From the NCBI GenBank assembly GCA_016207605.1, contig JACQPJ010000041.1, positions 4,264 to 68,263 of the forward strand: a stretch of 64,000 bases of DNA. The letters run 5' to 3'. The notes beneath the pieces were generated by a model, which was given only the letters and a program-made list of their open reading frames with translations, did no database searches and had not been told where the DNA came from. The position numbers and the translations under genes are program-made. Positions 44,877 through 53,003 of the stretch are shown here, in pieces (position 1 is the first letter of the stretch; every line of letters starts with the position of its first letter). Source of the DNA: Elusimicrobiota bacterium. GTDB lineage: Bacteria > Elusimicrobiota > Elusimicrobia > UBA1565 > UBA9628.

Positions 44877-45826
44877 TCTCGCCTCCTTTCGTCCGGCCGC
44901 GCCGCGGCGGCCGCGGCCGCCGATTTGATCCATTCCGCCAGGCGGCGGTCCCCGACGGCTCCGCGGCCGTCCCAGCGGTAGATCGCGTCGGGCAGGGCCC
45001 GGCGCAGGAGCCGCTCGGTCCGCGCGCCGTCGGCGTCGAGCGGCACGATCACGACGCCGCCTCGGGCGGCCAGCGTCCGCACGGCCGCGCGCAGGGCGTC
45101 GGCGTCGCGGCTGCGCTGGGCCGGGCGCACGCCGTCGCGAACGCCCACGGCCGCGGCCTCGCGAAAGCCGCCGCGGGCCCGGACCTGCTCCGCCGTCGCC
45201 CGCGCGGCGGCCAGCCAGCCCGTCAGGGCCGCGTCGGAGCGGGGCGCCACGCCCGCCAGGACCACGGCGTCGCGCGCCGGGTTGCGCGAGAGGGCGCGGG
45301 CGCGGCCGGCCAGGATCTCGACGAGAGCCGGCGCGGCGGCCAGCTCCTCGGCCAGCACCAGCGGAACGCGGCTGCGCAGGCGGCGCGGGCCGGGGGTCTC
45401 CGGCGGCAGGACCAGCCTCGGCGGACGGGGGGGGCGCGGCCCCGCGGGCTCGCGTCGGCCGGGATCGGGGACGTCGGCGATGGGCTCGGCGCGCAGGCCG
45501 AAGAGGTAGCGCGTCTGCTCCAGCCGCGGTGACCCGGAGACGGTCTCCAGCGGCACGGCCACGATCTTGGCCGGGCCGCGGCCGGCGAGCCGGTCGAGCG
45601 CGCGCTGGATTGCCGTGCCGTCGGCCGCGCCCCGGTACTCGGCGTCCACGGTCTCGACCGGGACGGTCTTGAGCGCGGCGCGCAAGGACGGCTCCTGGCT
45701 GCGCCAATTGGAGCTCAGGCCGTAGCCGAGCACGAGCACGCCGTAGGGCTTCCTCCCCCCGACCGGCCGCGTCCAATCCCGCGCCCCGGCGGGGACCAGC
45801 GCCAGCGCGAGGAGGAGAGCGGTCAC
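44873..45826 (-). CDS. Secreted two-lobed protein, weakly CbiX/class II chelatase-like, lacking the usual His residues
   Basis: 317 aa, GTG start, signal MTALLLALALVPAGA. Two halves, each with a strand-loop pattern (YGVLVLGYGLSS; DAVVLAGVAPRS). Family assignment is tentative. Its stop overlaps the thyX start as ATGA. Confidence 0.35.
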   Translation of the reverse strand: MTALLLALALVPAGARDWTRPVGGRKPYGVLVLGYGLSSNWRSQEPSLRAALKTVPVETVDAEYRGAADGTAIQRALDRLAGRGPAKIVAVPLETVSGSPRLEQTRYLFGLRAEPIADVPDPGRREPAGPRPPRPPRLVLPPETPGPRRLRSRVPLVLAEELAAAPALVEILAGRARALSRNPARDAVVLAGVAPRSDAALTGWLAAARATAEQVRARGGFREAAAVGVRDGVRPAQRSRDADALRAAVRTLAARGGVVIVPLDADGARTERLLRRALPDAIYRWDGRGAVGDRRLAEWIKSAAAAAAARPDERRRE

Positions 45827-45836
45827 GGCGCCAACT

Positions 45837-47183
45837 CTAAAAATCGAAAGTCCAGATCGAGGACTTTTCGGCGGCGCCGCGCACCACGGCCGCGAGCTCG
45901 CGCCGGCCGGGCGCCGTCGAGACGATCGCCAGCCCCTGGACGCAGCCCGGCAGCTCCGCCGACCACTCCGTCTCGAAAGCGAGGCCGTTCCAGCGCTTGC
46001 GCGCGACCTCGCCGCGGTTGAAGACGCCGAACGGGCTGGCCAGTCCGCCCAGGGCCGCGAAGTTGCGCGCCGCGAAGAGCGCCTCGAAGCCGGCGGGGCC
46101 GTAGGCCGCGGGCATGGGCGGATTGAACTCGAGAAGGCGGTCGTTCCAGCGCACGCGCACCGGGGTCTGGCCGTAGTCCTCGTCGGGCGAGCGCCAGGAG
46201 CTTTTGGCGAACTGCGCGCGCAGGGCGTGGACCGAGGTGAGCAGGATCACGGCGGGGTCGTCCTTGCTCACGCCGGCCGTGGTGAAGCCGTAGATCCAAT
46301 CCGCGCGCGGGTGGCGGATCGCGGGCCGGTCCTGGATGTAGCGTCCGTTCCTGTAGGCGACCGGGTAGATCGTCCCGAGGGGGAAGGTCCGGTCGTCCAG
46401 GATCTGCTGGGAGGCCAGGACCCGCGCGCCCGCGGGATCCTGGTGGACGCGCACGAGGAAGGGGAGTTCCGCGGCCGCGGCCCAGCGTCCGCCGTCGAGC
46501 TTGAGCACGCGGGTCTCGAAGCGGCGGAAGCCCTGATCGTAGAGGGACGCGAAGAGCTCCGCCTTTCCGTCGCCGTCCAGGTCCGCGGCCTCCAGGCTCA
46601 GGATGCGCGAGCCCGTCCCGCCTAGGGCCGCCTCGGCCAGGACCCGGGCGTCGGTCGCGGGATAGGCGTAGAGCCGGACCGCGTCCTCGGCCGCGACCGC
46701 GATCTGCGGCGTCCCCGTCCCCGCGAAGTCGCCCGCGGCCATCCCCACCGCTGCGTAGTTCAGCGTCGCCCCGCGCGTCCTGGCCGCGCGCCGCCCGGGC
46801 TCGGCCGAGGCGCCCGCCTGCGCCGGCGCGGAGGCGGCGGGGGGGGCGGCCGCCGCCGGCGCCGTCAGCCGCGCGCGCTGCCCGGCCTTGGCCCGGCCGT
46901 TCCCGGTCAAAACGCCCGTTGAAAATTTATCCTGGACCTCCCGGATCGTCCCCTCGGCGGCCGCGTCCCGCACGCGCCCGAGGCTGGCGCCGGTGACGGG
47001 ATGCTTGAGTTCCGCGCCCTCCGAATACACCTCGAAGCTGCGCCCCGGCGCCGCGCCGTCGGCGGCGGTCAAGTCCAGCCACACGGTTCCCGCCTCCGCG
47101 CGCACCACATAGCCCTTCTCCGGGCTCCGAGTTTGGGCGCCGGCCCCGACGCACAGCGCGGCCAGCAGGAAGGAAACGTTCAC
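45837..47183 (-). CDS. Secreted FG-GAP/VCBS-repeat-like protein
   Basis: GTG at 47183 chosen (VNVSFLLAALCVGAGAQ signal), giving 448 aa. Contains DLDGDGKAELF and AVGMAAGDFAGTG repeat signatures. The upstream 166 codons of the track ORF were rejected. Confidence 0.55.
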   Translation of the reverse strand: MNVSFLLAALCVGAGAQTRSPEKGYVVRAEAGTVWLDLTAADGAAPGRSFEVYSEGAELKHPVTGASLGRVRDAAAEGTIREVQDKFSTGVLTGNGRAKAGQRARLTAPAAAAPPAASAPAQAGASAEPGRRAARTRGATLNYAAVGMAAGDFAGTGTPQIAVAAEDAVRLYAYPATDARVLAEAALGGTGSRILSLEAADLDGDGKAELFASLYDQGFRRFETRVLKLDGGRWAAAAELPFLVRVHQDPAGARVLASQQILDDRTFPLGTIYPVAYRNGRYIQDRPAIRHPRADWIYGFTTAGVSKDDPAVILLTSVHALRAQFAKSSWRSPDEDYGQTPVRVRWNDRLLEFNPPMPAAYGPAGFEALFAARNFAALGGLASPFGVFNRGEVARKRWNGLAFETEWSAELPGCVQGLAIVSTAPGRRELAAVVRGAAEKSSIWTFDF

Positions 47184-47270
47184 GAGAGAGAGGGTATCAA
47201 ATTCGATGCGGGGGGGTCTGTAACGGCCGGGGGAGCATATCGCTTTTGAGGATTTATGTAGAATCCGCCC

Positions 47271-48449
47271 GTGTACGTCGATGCGACGCCGCGGACGGGG
47301 ACGGCGCAGGACTTGATGCGCGTGGTGACGCGGGCGCGGGAGATCGAGACTGCGCGGTCGGGCGAGAGACTTCCCTTCAAGAGCGTCGCGCGGCGGCGCT
47401 GGGTGGAGCCGCCGGCGCGCCTGCTGGGCATGGCGATCGCGGGGTTGGCGGCGCTGGCGCCGGCCGAGGCAGCGCTGGCCTGGCATGACTTCCTCTATCG
47501 CCGCCTGGCCGCGCCCCGCCATGTCCCGTTCGACGCCGCGCGGCCGGAGATCATTCGCGCCAAGGAGCTGGCGCGCCGCGTCGAGGCCGAAACGGGGGCA
47601 TCTCCCGCGCTCCTCGCCCTCGTCTCCCACGCGCCGGTGAGCGAGGAGCTGGGGTTCCTGAATTTCGAGCTCGTCCGGCACGCCACGTTGGCTTTGCGCG
47701 CGGTCCGCGGCCGCTCCTGCCGGCCGCGCCTGCTCGTGGCCGTGGACTCATTTGCATTGGATACGGCTTCGCTGTTTGAAGAGGGCGTTTACGCCGCCTA
47801 CATGAGCGCCTCCCATTTGGGTTTCGATCGCTTGTCCTTGGGTGGCGGCGGGCTCCGGGCGTGGCCCGCCCTGCCTTGGCGGTTCTCGCGGCTCCTGTGC
47901 GCCGGCGGCGAGGCGGCGCTGGCGCTGGCGGGCGGCGTGCCCGGGACGGCGCGCGTGCTCTATGCCGCGCGCGAGTGGGCGCGGGCCGTCCGCGGCGCCA
48001 GCCCCTTGCGGCCCGCCGAGGCGCGGGCTCGCCTGGGCTCCCATCCGACGTTCCGCCGCTTCTTTGAAAACGCCGATCCCGCCTTGCCCCGGCCTTCGCG
48101 CCCGGGGCTTTTGCTGGAGGCCTGGCTCATGGCCGGCGCCGCCGGCCTGGCGGGCGCCGCGCCGCGGGAGGTCGCGGCCGCGGCGCTGGAATGCCTTGCG
48201 GTCCCGGGGAAGGAGCGGCCGGCGTTGCTCGCGGATTTGGAGAAGGATTTGGCGCGCGAGACGCCGCGACGGCGGCGCTTCTTTCGATTCCTGGCGGGCC
48301 GCGTCGCGCCCCGCCGGCCGATCGTGTTCCTGCCGTTCGTCCACCGCGTCGACCCGCCCAGCGTGGAGCCGCGGGAGGCGTGGGCGTGGCGGCAGGGAGA
48401 GGACGGCGGCGAACGCGCCGGGCGCCTCGTCGAGGAGGTTTTCACGTGA
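47271..48449 (+). CDS. Hypothetical protein (392 aa)
   Basis: ORF track with a GTG start. I recognise no motif. The coding call is supported mainly by the GTGA-type overlap with the next gene and by the absence of a better frame. Confidence 0.4.
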   Translation: MYVDATPRTGTAQDLMRVVTRAREIETARSGERLPFKSVARRRWVEPPARLLGMAIAGLAALAPAEAALAWHDFLYRRLAAPRHVPFDAARPEIIRAKELARRVEAETGASPALLALVSHAPVSEELGFLNFELVRHATLALRAVRGRSCRPRLLVAVDSFALDTASLFEEGVYAAYMSASHLGFDRLSLGGGGLRAWPALPWRFSRLLCAGGEAALALAGGVPGTARVLYAAREWARAVRGASPLRPAEARARLGSHPTFRRFFENADPALPRPSRPGLLLEAWLMAGAAGLAGAAPREVAAAALECLAVPGKERPALLADLEKDLARETPRRRRFFRFLAGRVAPRRPIVFLPFVHRVDPPSVEPREAWAWRQGEDGGERAGRLVEEVFT

Positions 48450-49363
48450 GCGTCAAGATCTACCGCAGCGTCCACGAGCTCAAGGGTTTCTCGCTCAAGA
48501 GCTGTCCGGCCATGGACCAGCCCTCGGGCGTGCTGATGTGCCCGCCGGACCACTACCAAGTGCTCGCGGTCAAGAATCCCTACATGGCGGGCCAGGTCGG
48601 AGCCGTGGATCGCGAGAGAGCCCGCGCCCAGTGGAACCACCTCAAGGAGGCCTTCGACGCGGCCGGCTGCCCGGTCTCCCTCATCGACCCGGCGCCGGGC
48701 CTCGAGGACATGGTCTTCTGCGCCAACCAGTCCCTGGCCGGCACGCGTCCCGACGGCCAAAAGGTCGCCCTGCTGTCGGCGATGCGGCACTCCTCGCGCC
48801 GCCGCGAGGTCGAGTCCTTCGAGGCCTGGTACGCGGCCCGCGGCTACCGCGTGATGCGGTTCAAGGCGGGCGGGCACGAGACCTTCGAGGGCTCGGGCGA
48901 CGCGGTCTGGCACCCCGGGCGGCGCCTGCTCTGGGGCGGCCACGGCTTCCGCAGCGACCCGGAGGTGTTCGAGCGGGTCGCCGACGCGTTCCAGACGCCC
49001 GTCGTCCTTCTCAAGCTGGTCAACGAGCGCTTCTATCACCTCGACACCTGCTTCTGCCCGCTCACGCCCGAGGCGGTGCTCATCTATCCGTCGGCCTTCG
49101 ACGCGGCCAGCCTGGAGCTCATCCTCAAGATCGTCCCCATCGTCGTCACCGTCGGCGAGGCCGACGCGGGCGCGCGCATGGCCTGCAACGCCGCGGTCGT
49201 ACGCTCCAAGACCGCGATCCTGCAGAAAGGCGCGACCTCCGTCGCCAACCACATGCTCGCCCTGGGCCTGGGCGTCTGCGAGGTGGACACCTCGGAATTC
49301 ATCAAGTCCGGCGGCAGCGTCTACTGCCTCAAGCAGTTTCTCTTCGACGGGCCCGCCGGTTGA
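48446..49363 (+). CDS. Amidinotransferase/DDAH/arginine-deiminase superfamily (guanidino-group-modifying enzyme) protein
   Basis: GTG at 48446 overlaps the upstream stop; an alternative ATG lies at 48512 (MDQPSGVLMCPPDHY). Contains FYHLDTCF and the C-terminal catalytic-type motif GGSVYC. Confidence 0.65.
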   Translation: MSVKIYRSVHELKGFSLKSCPAMDQPSGVLMCPPDHYQVLAVKNPYMAGQVGAVDRERARAQWNHLKEAFDAAGCPVSLIDPAPGLEDMVFCANQSLAGTRPDGQKVALLSAMRHSSRRREVESFEAWYAARGYRVMRFKAGGHETFEGSGDAVWHPGRRLLWGGHGFRSDPEVFERVADAFQTPVVLLKLVNERFYHLDTCFCPLTPEAVLIYPSAFDAASLELILKIVPIVVTVGEADAGARMACNAAVVRSKTAILQKGATSVANHMLALGLGVCEVDTSEFIKSGGSVYCLKQFLFDGPAG

Positions 49364-49386
49364 AAGAACGGCGCTGGAGGGCTATA

Positions 49387-49503
49387 CTAGATGCTATGAG
49401 CCTTTCCTCAGCGCATCTGTGCCGAGCCCGAAGGGTCGAGGCCTAGATGCTAGTAGGCTTTCAGCCGCCGCATCTGTGCCGAGCCCGAAGGGTCGAGGCC
49501 TAG
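49387..49503 (+). repeat. Tandem dimer of CTAG-bounded double-hairpin repeat units (type 1 + type 2)
   Basis: Unit 49387-49446: CTAGATGCTATGAGCCTTTCCTCAGCGCATCTGTGCCGAGCCCGAAGGGTCGAGGCCTAG. Unit 49443-49503: CTAGATGCTAGTAGGCTTTCAGCCGCCGCATCTGTGCCGAGCCCGAAGGGTCGAGGCCTAG. The two share the middle CTAG. Confidence 0.9.
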
Positions 49504-49507
49504 ACGC

Positions 49508-50026
49508 ATGATGAGATTCCCGCGTCTGGCACTGGCCTTCGCTCTTCTGGCGTCGACGACGCTTCCTCTCCACGCGCAGGAAGAAGGCGAGGCCGCCGAC
49601 GCCGTGCCCGCCTCCGACGCGCCGGCCCCGCCGGCGGAGGACGCGGCTGCCGACGAGACCGCTCCGCCGGCCGCGCCGGCCCCCGCCTCGCCCGCGCCGC
49701 CCGCTCCCGCGGCGCGCCCCGCGCCGCCCGCCGTCAAGGCCGCGGCCAAGGTCCCGCGCAAGGCGCGCCGGCGTCCCGCGGCCAAGAGAGCGCGCGCGAA
49801 GGCCCGGGTCCGCGAGTCCCGCTACAAGTCCCGCGTGCTCAGCGAGGGCGCGGAACATCACTACCGCTTCGACGCCCGCGGCAATCCCCTGAGACGCTCC
49901 AAGCCGGGCGCCAAGCCCCGGAAGGGCGGGGCCCCCGTCGCGCCGGCTCCGGACTCCCGCGCCTGCGCCGCCGACGGCTCTTGCCCCGACGGAGCCGCCA
50001 AGTCCTCGGACGCCGACGCTTTGTAG
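49508..50026 (+). CDS. Secreted low-complexity Pro/Ala-rich and Lys/Arg-rich protein
   Basis: ORF track, 172 aa. Signal MMRFPRLALAFALLASTTLPLHA, then a PAPPA-rich tract and a basic KARRRPAAKRARAKAR segment. Confidence 0.45.
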   Translation: MMRFPRLALAFALLASTTLPLHAQEEGEAADAVPASDAPAPPAEDAAADETAPPAAPAPASPAPPAPAARPAPPAVKAAAKVPRKARRRPAAKRARAKARVRESRYKSRVLSEGAEHHYRFDARGNPLRRSKPGAKPRKGGAPVAPAPDSRACAADGSCPDGAAKSSDADAL

Positions 50027-50034
50027 GCGATTCG

Positions 50035-50205
50035 ATGCGCCTGGAGCGCCTGCGCTGGCCTCTTCTCCTGGTCTCCCTGATCGCGTTGGGCCTGTGCCTG
50101 TGCCGGGGAGCGACGCCCACCCGCCTGGCGGCCGCCGCGGTCGGCGCCGCGGGCTGGTGGCTCCTCTGCCGCCGCAAGGCCCGCTCCCTCGACGGCGACT
50201 GCTAG
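50035..50205 (+). CDS. Small membrane protein (56 aa)
   Basis: Internal ATG at 50035 (MRLERLRWPLLLVSLIALGLCLC...AAGWWLLCRRKA, two hydrophobic segments). Its TAG stop is the first CTAG of the next repeat dimer. Confidence 0.35.
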   Translation: MRLERLRWPLLLVSLIALGLCLCRGATPTRLAAAAVGAAGWWLLCRRKARSLDGDC

Positions 50206-50318
50206 ATGCTATGAGCCTTTCCTCAGCGCATCTGTGCCGAGCCCGAAGGGTCGAGGCCTAGATGCTAGTAGGCGTTCAGCCGCCGCATCTGTGCCGAGCC
50301 CGAAGGATCGCGGCCTAG
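50202..50318 (+). repeat. Second tandem dimer of CTAG-bounded repeat units
   Basis: Unit 50202-50261 is identical to 49387-49446. Unit 50258-50318 is type 2 with a hybrid right arm (GCCGAGCCCGAAGGATCGCGGC). Confidence 0.9.
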
Positions 50319-51028
50319 CTGCCGACGGCGATCCAGCCGGCCGAGCCCATGGAGGACCAGCCGTTCCAGGCGCCGCAGCTCCCGGCGTCGGGCGAGCCCC
50401 CGACGTACAAGCGGAAGCCCGTTCTGGTCATGTTGGCGGGATAGGCCACAACCTTGTCGGTGGCGCCGCCGACGCACCCGCCTTGATTGGAGATATTTTC
50501 CGGCGTCACCAGGACATGGGGCGTTGACGTGAAGGGTTGAGAGAAAACGATGTCTTGGAACCAAAGCCCGCTGCACAGCCCCCCTTGGAAGGTGCCGCTG
50601 CAATTGGCGGGCGCGCCGGGGCTCACCCCGTGGCCCGAAAGGACTCGGACCGGGCTGGGCATCGCGGAGAGGCATTTGCCCCCGCTCGCGTCCGTGCAGA
50701 CGTCGGTCGCGGCGTGGATTTTTCCGTTGACGTCCAACGCGTATCCCGCGGCCGGGGCGGAGGTTTTGATCCCGACCGCGCCGCCGTCGCGCGCCAGGTA
50801 GGTGTCGCCGGTCGTGATCATCCGCGTGTAGATTCCCGATGGGGCGGGATAATAGGTGGTGAGGGTGATGTTCTCGGAGCCGAGCTCGGCGCCCGCCGCC
50901 AGGAGCATGGCCGTGACCGCGCCGGCGCGCAGAAGCCGCGGGCGGACGCGAATCTTACGGCGGAGGGTCCCTATGGCCACAAGAAGCTGTGAGGCCCAGA
51001 GTATAGGGGGCATTCCAGACAAATTCAA
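50315..51028 (-). CDS. Membrane-anchored or secreted protein with a tail-fibre-like stalk motif and a C-terminal H-type-lectin-like domain
   Basis: ORF track, 237 aa; the start could be 51013. TM/signal AGAVTAMLLAAGA, then ITLTTYYPAPSGIYTRM...GAVGIKTSAPAAGYALDVNGKI, then FSQPFTSTPHVLVTPENI...NMTRTGFRLYV. The stop lies in the repeat's terminal CTAG. Confidence 0.5.
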   Translation of the reverse strand: MNLSGMPPILWASQLLVAIGTLRRKIRVRPRLLRAGAVTAMLLAAGAELGSENITLTTYYPAPSGIYTRMITTGDTYLARDGGAVGIKTSAPAAGYALDVNGKIHAATDVCTDASGGKCLSAMPSPVRVLSGHGVSPGAPANCSGTFQGGLCSGLWFQDIVFSQPFTSTPHVLVTPENISNQGGCVGGATDKVVAYPANMTRTGFRLYVGGSPDAGSCGAWNGWSSMGSAGWIAVGS

Positions 51029-51043
51029 GGGGGGCCGAACTGG

Positions 51044-51628
51044 GTGTCAGGCGAAGGCGAACTGCTCCTGGGCAATGACTCCGCGACCGCCTATAAAGAA
51101 AAAACAGTAGAGGACGAGAAGGGCAATACCAAGGTCGTCAAGCAATTGATCAATCCTTGGAAGTTCAGCGCCGACAAGGGCCGGGCCGAGGAGATCCAGG
51201 CTTTGGCCGGGCAGTACGTGTTCATCCGATACCGGCAGCACAACCTGAAAAATCCTCTCGCGGCCGACACCGATTATGAATTCCAGGAGATCAGCCCGGT
51301 CAACCCGGAGTTCGCTCCCAAGGAGGCCTGTCAAATCGACATGAAGGGCGGCAATTCCAAGGGGTTTCGCATGGCGCGCATCGTGAAAGCCAGCCGCAAG
51401 GGGGTGGCGGTCAAGTCCTTCGAGCTCATGCTGCAGGTCGGCGGCGCGGGGAATCAGTTCGAGGAGATGTCGGTTTCCGATGAGGGGATTTACAAGTGCG
51501 CGCAGGATTGGCTTGCCTCCGGCAAAGCCGTCAATGTCTGGTACGCGCAGAGCTACATCTACAACCCGATCACCCAAGGCACCGGCTACAGCGTCTGGAA
51601 ACTGGAGCCCCTGGCCTCCTTGAATTAG
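51044..51628 (+). CDS. Hypothetical protein (194 aa), AT-richer
   Basis: ORF track with a GTG start only 15 nt from the divergent gene, so the start is uncertain. No signal peptide and no motif I recognise. Its TAG stop lies in the TTAG end of the next repeat. Confidence 0.4.
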   Translation: MSGEGELLLGNDSATAYKEKTVEDEKGNTKVVKQLINPWKFSADKGRAEEIQALAGQYVFIRYRQHNLKNPLAADTDYEFQEISPVNPEFAPKEACQIDMKGGNSKGFRMARIVKASRKGVAVKSFELMLQVGGAGNQFEEMSVSDEGIYKCAQDWLASGKAVNVWYAQSYIYNPITQGTGYSVWKLEPLASLN

Positions 51629-51700
51629 GCCGCGATCCTGCGGACGCGGCACAGGTGTGCTGAGGAATGGTTCATAACACCTAGGCCGCGATCCTTCGGG
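51625..51700 (-). repeat. Divergent CTAG/TTAG-bounded repeat unit plus an adjacent half unit
   Basis: The reverse complement of 51625-51684 reads CTAGGTGTTATGAACCATTCCTCAGCACACCTGTGCCGCGTCCGCAGGATCGCGGCCTAA. The half unit CTAGGCCGCGATCCTTCGG follows from 51681 and encodes the hpnE C-terminus. Confidence 0.8.
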
Positions 51701-53003
51701 CGGCGGCGAAGCCCGAGACGCAGGCGCTCTCGATGGTCGCGGGCAGGCCGGTGCGGGTCCAGTCGCCGGCGAAGAGGAAGCCGGGCATGCCGGAGCCGGG
51801 TTCCGGGCGCTTGGCCTCGGCGCCGGGGGCGGGGGAAATGGTGGCGAAGGGCTCCTTGATCACTTTCCAGGCCGTCACGTTGGCCTTCGCGAAGTCCGGC
51901 AGACAGGCCGAGAGGTCGCGAAGCATGGCGTCGAGAATCGCGCGGGGGGAATAGGCGATCTGGTCGTGGGCGCCGGAGATCACGACCGATAGAATTTGAC
52001 CGTCGCCGCTCAAGCCGTGGATCCGGGATTTGTTGAACACCCAATGGGTCTCGGCGCCGAGCAGGCCGATGAAGCGCTCGCGCATCACGGGGCGGTCGAG
52101 GCGCAGCGTCGCGCCGACGATGGGCGCGGGGGCCAGCGTCTCCCAGGGGCCGCGCAGGGCGGCGGGCAATTCCAGCCGGCTTAAATCCCAGGGGGGCAAA
52201 GTCGAGACGACGGTTTGCGCCGGGAAGCGTTCGCCGCGATCGCTGACCGCGCCGCGCACGCATTGACCATCCTCGATCAAGGCCGCCGCTTTGGCCGACG
52301 GGATGATGCGGCCGCCGCGTTTTTCGATGGAGTTTTTCGCGGCATCGACATAAAGCTCGGATAGGCCGACGCGCGACAGGCCGAAGCGCGAGGCCTCGCG
52401 GCTGGAGAAAATCGCGCGCAGGACCTGGACCAAGCCCGCGGCCGAGGCGATCTCGGGCCGCTCGTTGAGCGCGCCGATGACGAGGGGATCGAAGAAGCGC
52501 GCCTGGAAATTGCTGGAGAGGCCCAAGGACGTCAGCCACCGGCGCGCGGTCATCGCCTCGACCGCGTCGGGGACGGCGCCGGTCTTGAGAGCCCTGAGCG
52601 CTTGATCGAAGGCAAGGAGCGCCGCCTTGTCGCGCCAGCAGACGCCCTTCAGACCGAGAAGTCCCGCGGCGAGATGGAGCGGTGCCGGCAGCCAGGCGGG
52701 ACAGGCCAGGCGGTCGCGCCGGCCGCCGGGCTCGGCGTAGTCCACGGCGATTTCCTCAGACACGTCCAGGTTTTCCTCGGCGCCGATCAGGCGCAGGAAG
52801 CGGCGCGTGGCGGCGTAGCAGCCCATGAAGAGGTGCTGGCCGTTGTCCACGGCGCCGAGCTCCTGGTCCGGGAAGGAGAAGGCGCGCCCGCCGAGATGCG
52901 GCTTCTTGTCGAGGAGAAGGACTTTGGCGCCCTTGTCGGCGAGGGCCGCCGCGCAGGAAAGCCCCGCGAACCCCCCGCCCAGGACCAGGACGTCAGAGGC
53001 CAT
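51681..53003 (-). CDS. hpnE: Hydroxysqualene dehydroxylase HpnE (FAD-dependent amine-oxidase/phytoene-desaturase fold)
   Basis: Internal ATG at 53003 (MASDVLVLGGGFAGLSCAAAL; dinucleotide-binding motif) chosen; 440 aa. Follows hpnC-hpnD. Confidence 0.75.
   Translation of the reverse strand: MASDVLVLGGGFAGLSCAAALADKGAKVLLLDKKPHLGGRAFSFPDQELGAVDNGQHLFMGCYAATRRFLRLIGAEENLDVSEEIAVDYAEPGGRRDRLACPAWLPAPLHLAAGLLGLKGVCWRDKAALLAFDQALRALKTGAVPDAVEAMTARRWLTSLGLSSNFQARFFDPLVIGALNERPEIASAAGLVQVLRAIFSSREASRFGLSRVGLSELYVDAAKNSIEKRGGRIIPSAKAAALIEDGQCVRGAVSDRGERFPAQTVVSTLPPWDLSRLELPAALRGPWETLAPAPIVGATLRLDRPVMRERFIGLLGAETHWVFNKSRIHGLSGDGQILSVVISGAHDQIAYSPRAILDAMLRDLSACLPDFAKANVTAWKVIKEPFATISPAPGAEAKRPEPGSGMPGFLFAGDWTRTGLPATIESACVSGFAAARRIAA

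Noticed and set aside
49394-49446. Mini-peptides encoded inside the repeats: [16 protein letters not shown] at the ends of several track ORFs, and MPRP(K/Q)DRGL on the other strand.
   Set aside because: They recur only because the repeat recurs. They have no ribosome-binding sites of their own, and they appear as tails or heads of otherwise spurious ORFs. Hairpin covariation explains the conservation better than coding.
49387-51700. Integron attC sites or a CRISPR array as explanations for the CTAG-bounded repeats.
   Set aside because: The ends (CTAG...GGCCTAG) do not fit the attC RYYYAAC / GTTRRRY core sites. No intI gene is present, and the bracketed genes point in both directions. For CRISPR, the units are directly abutting dimers or single copies without uniform spacers, and no cas genes are present.
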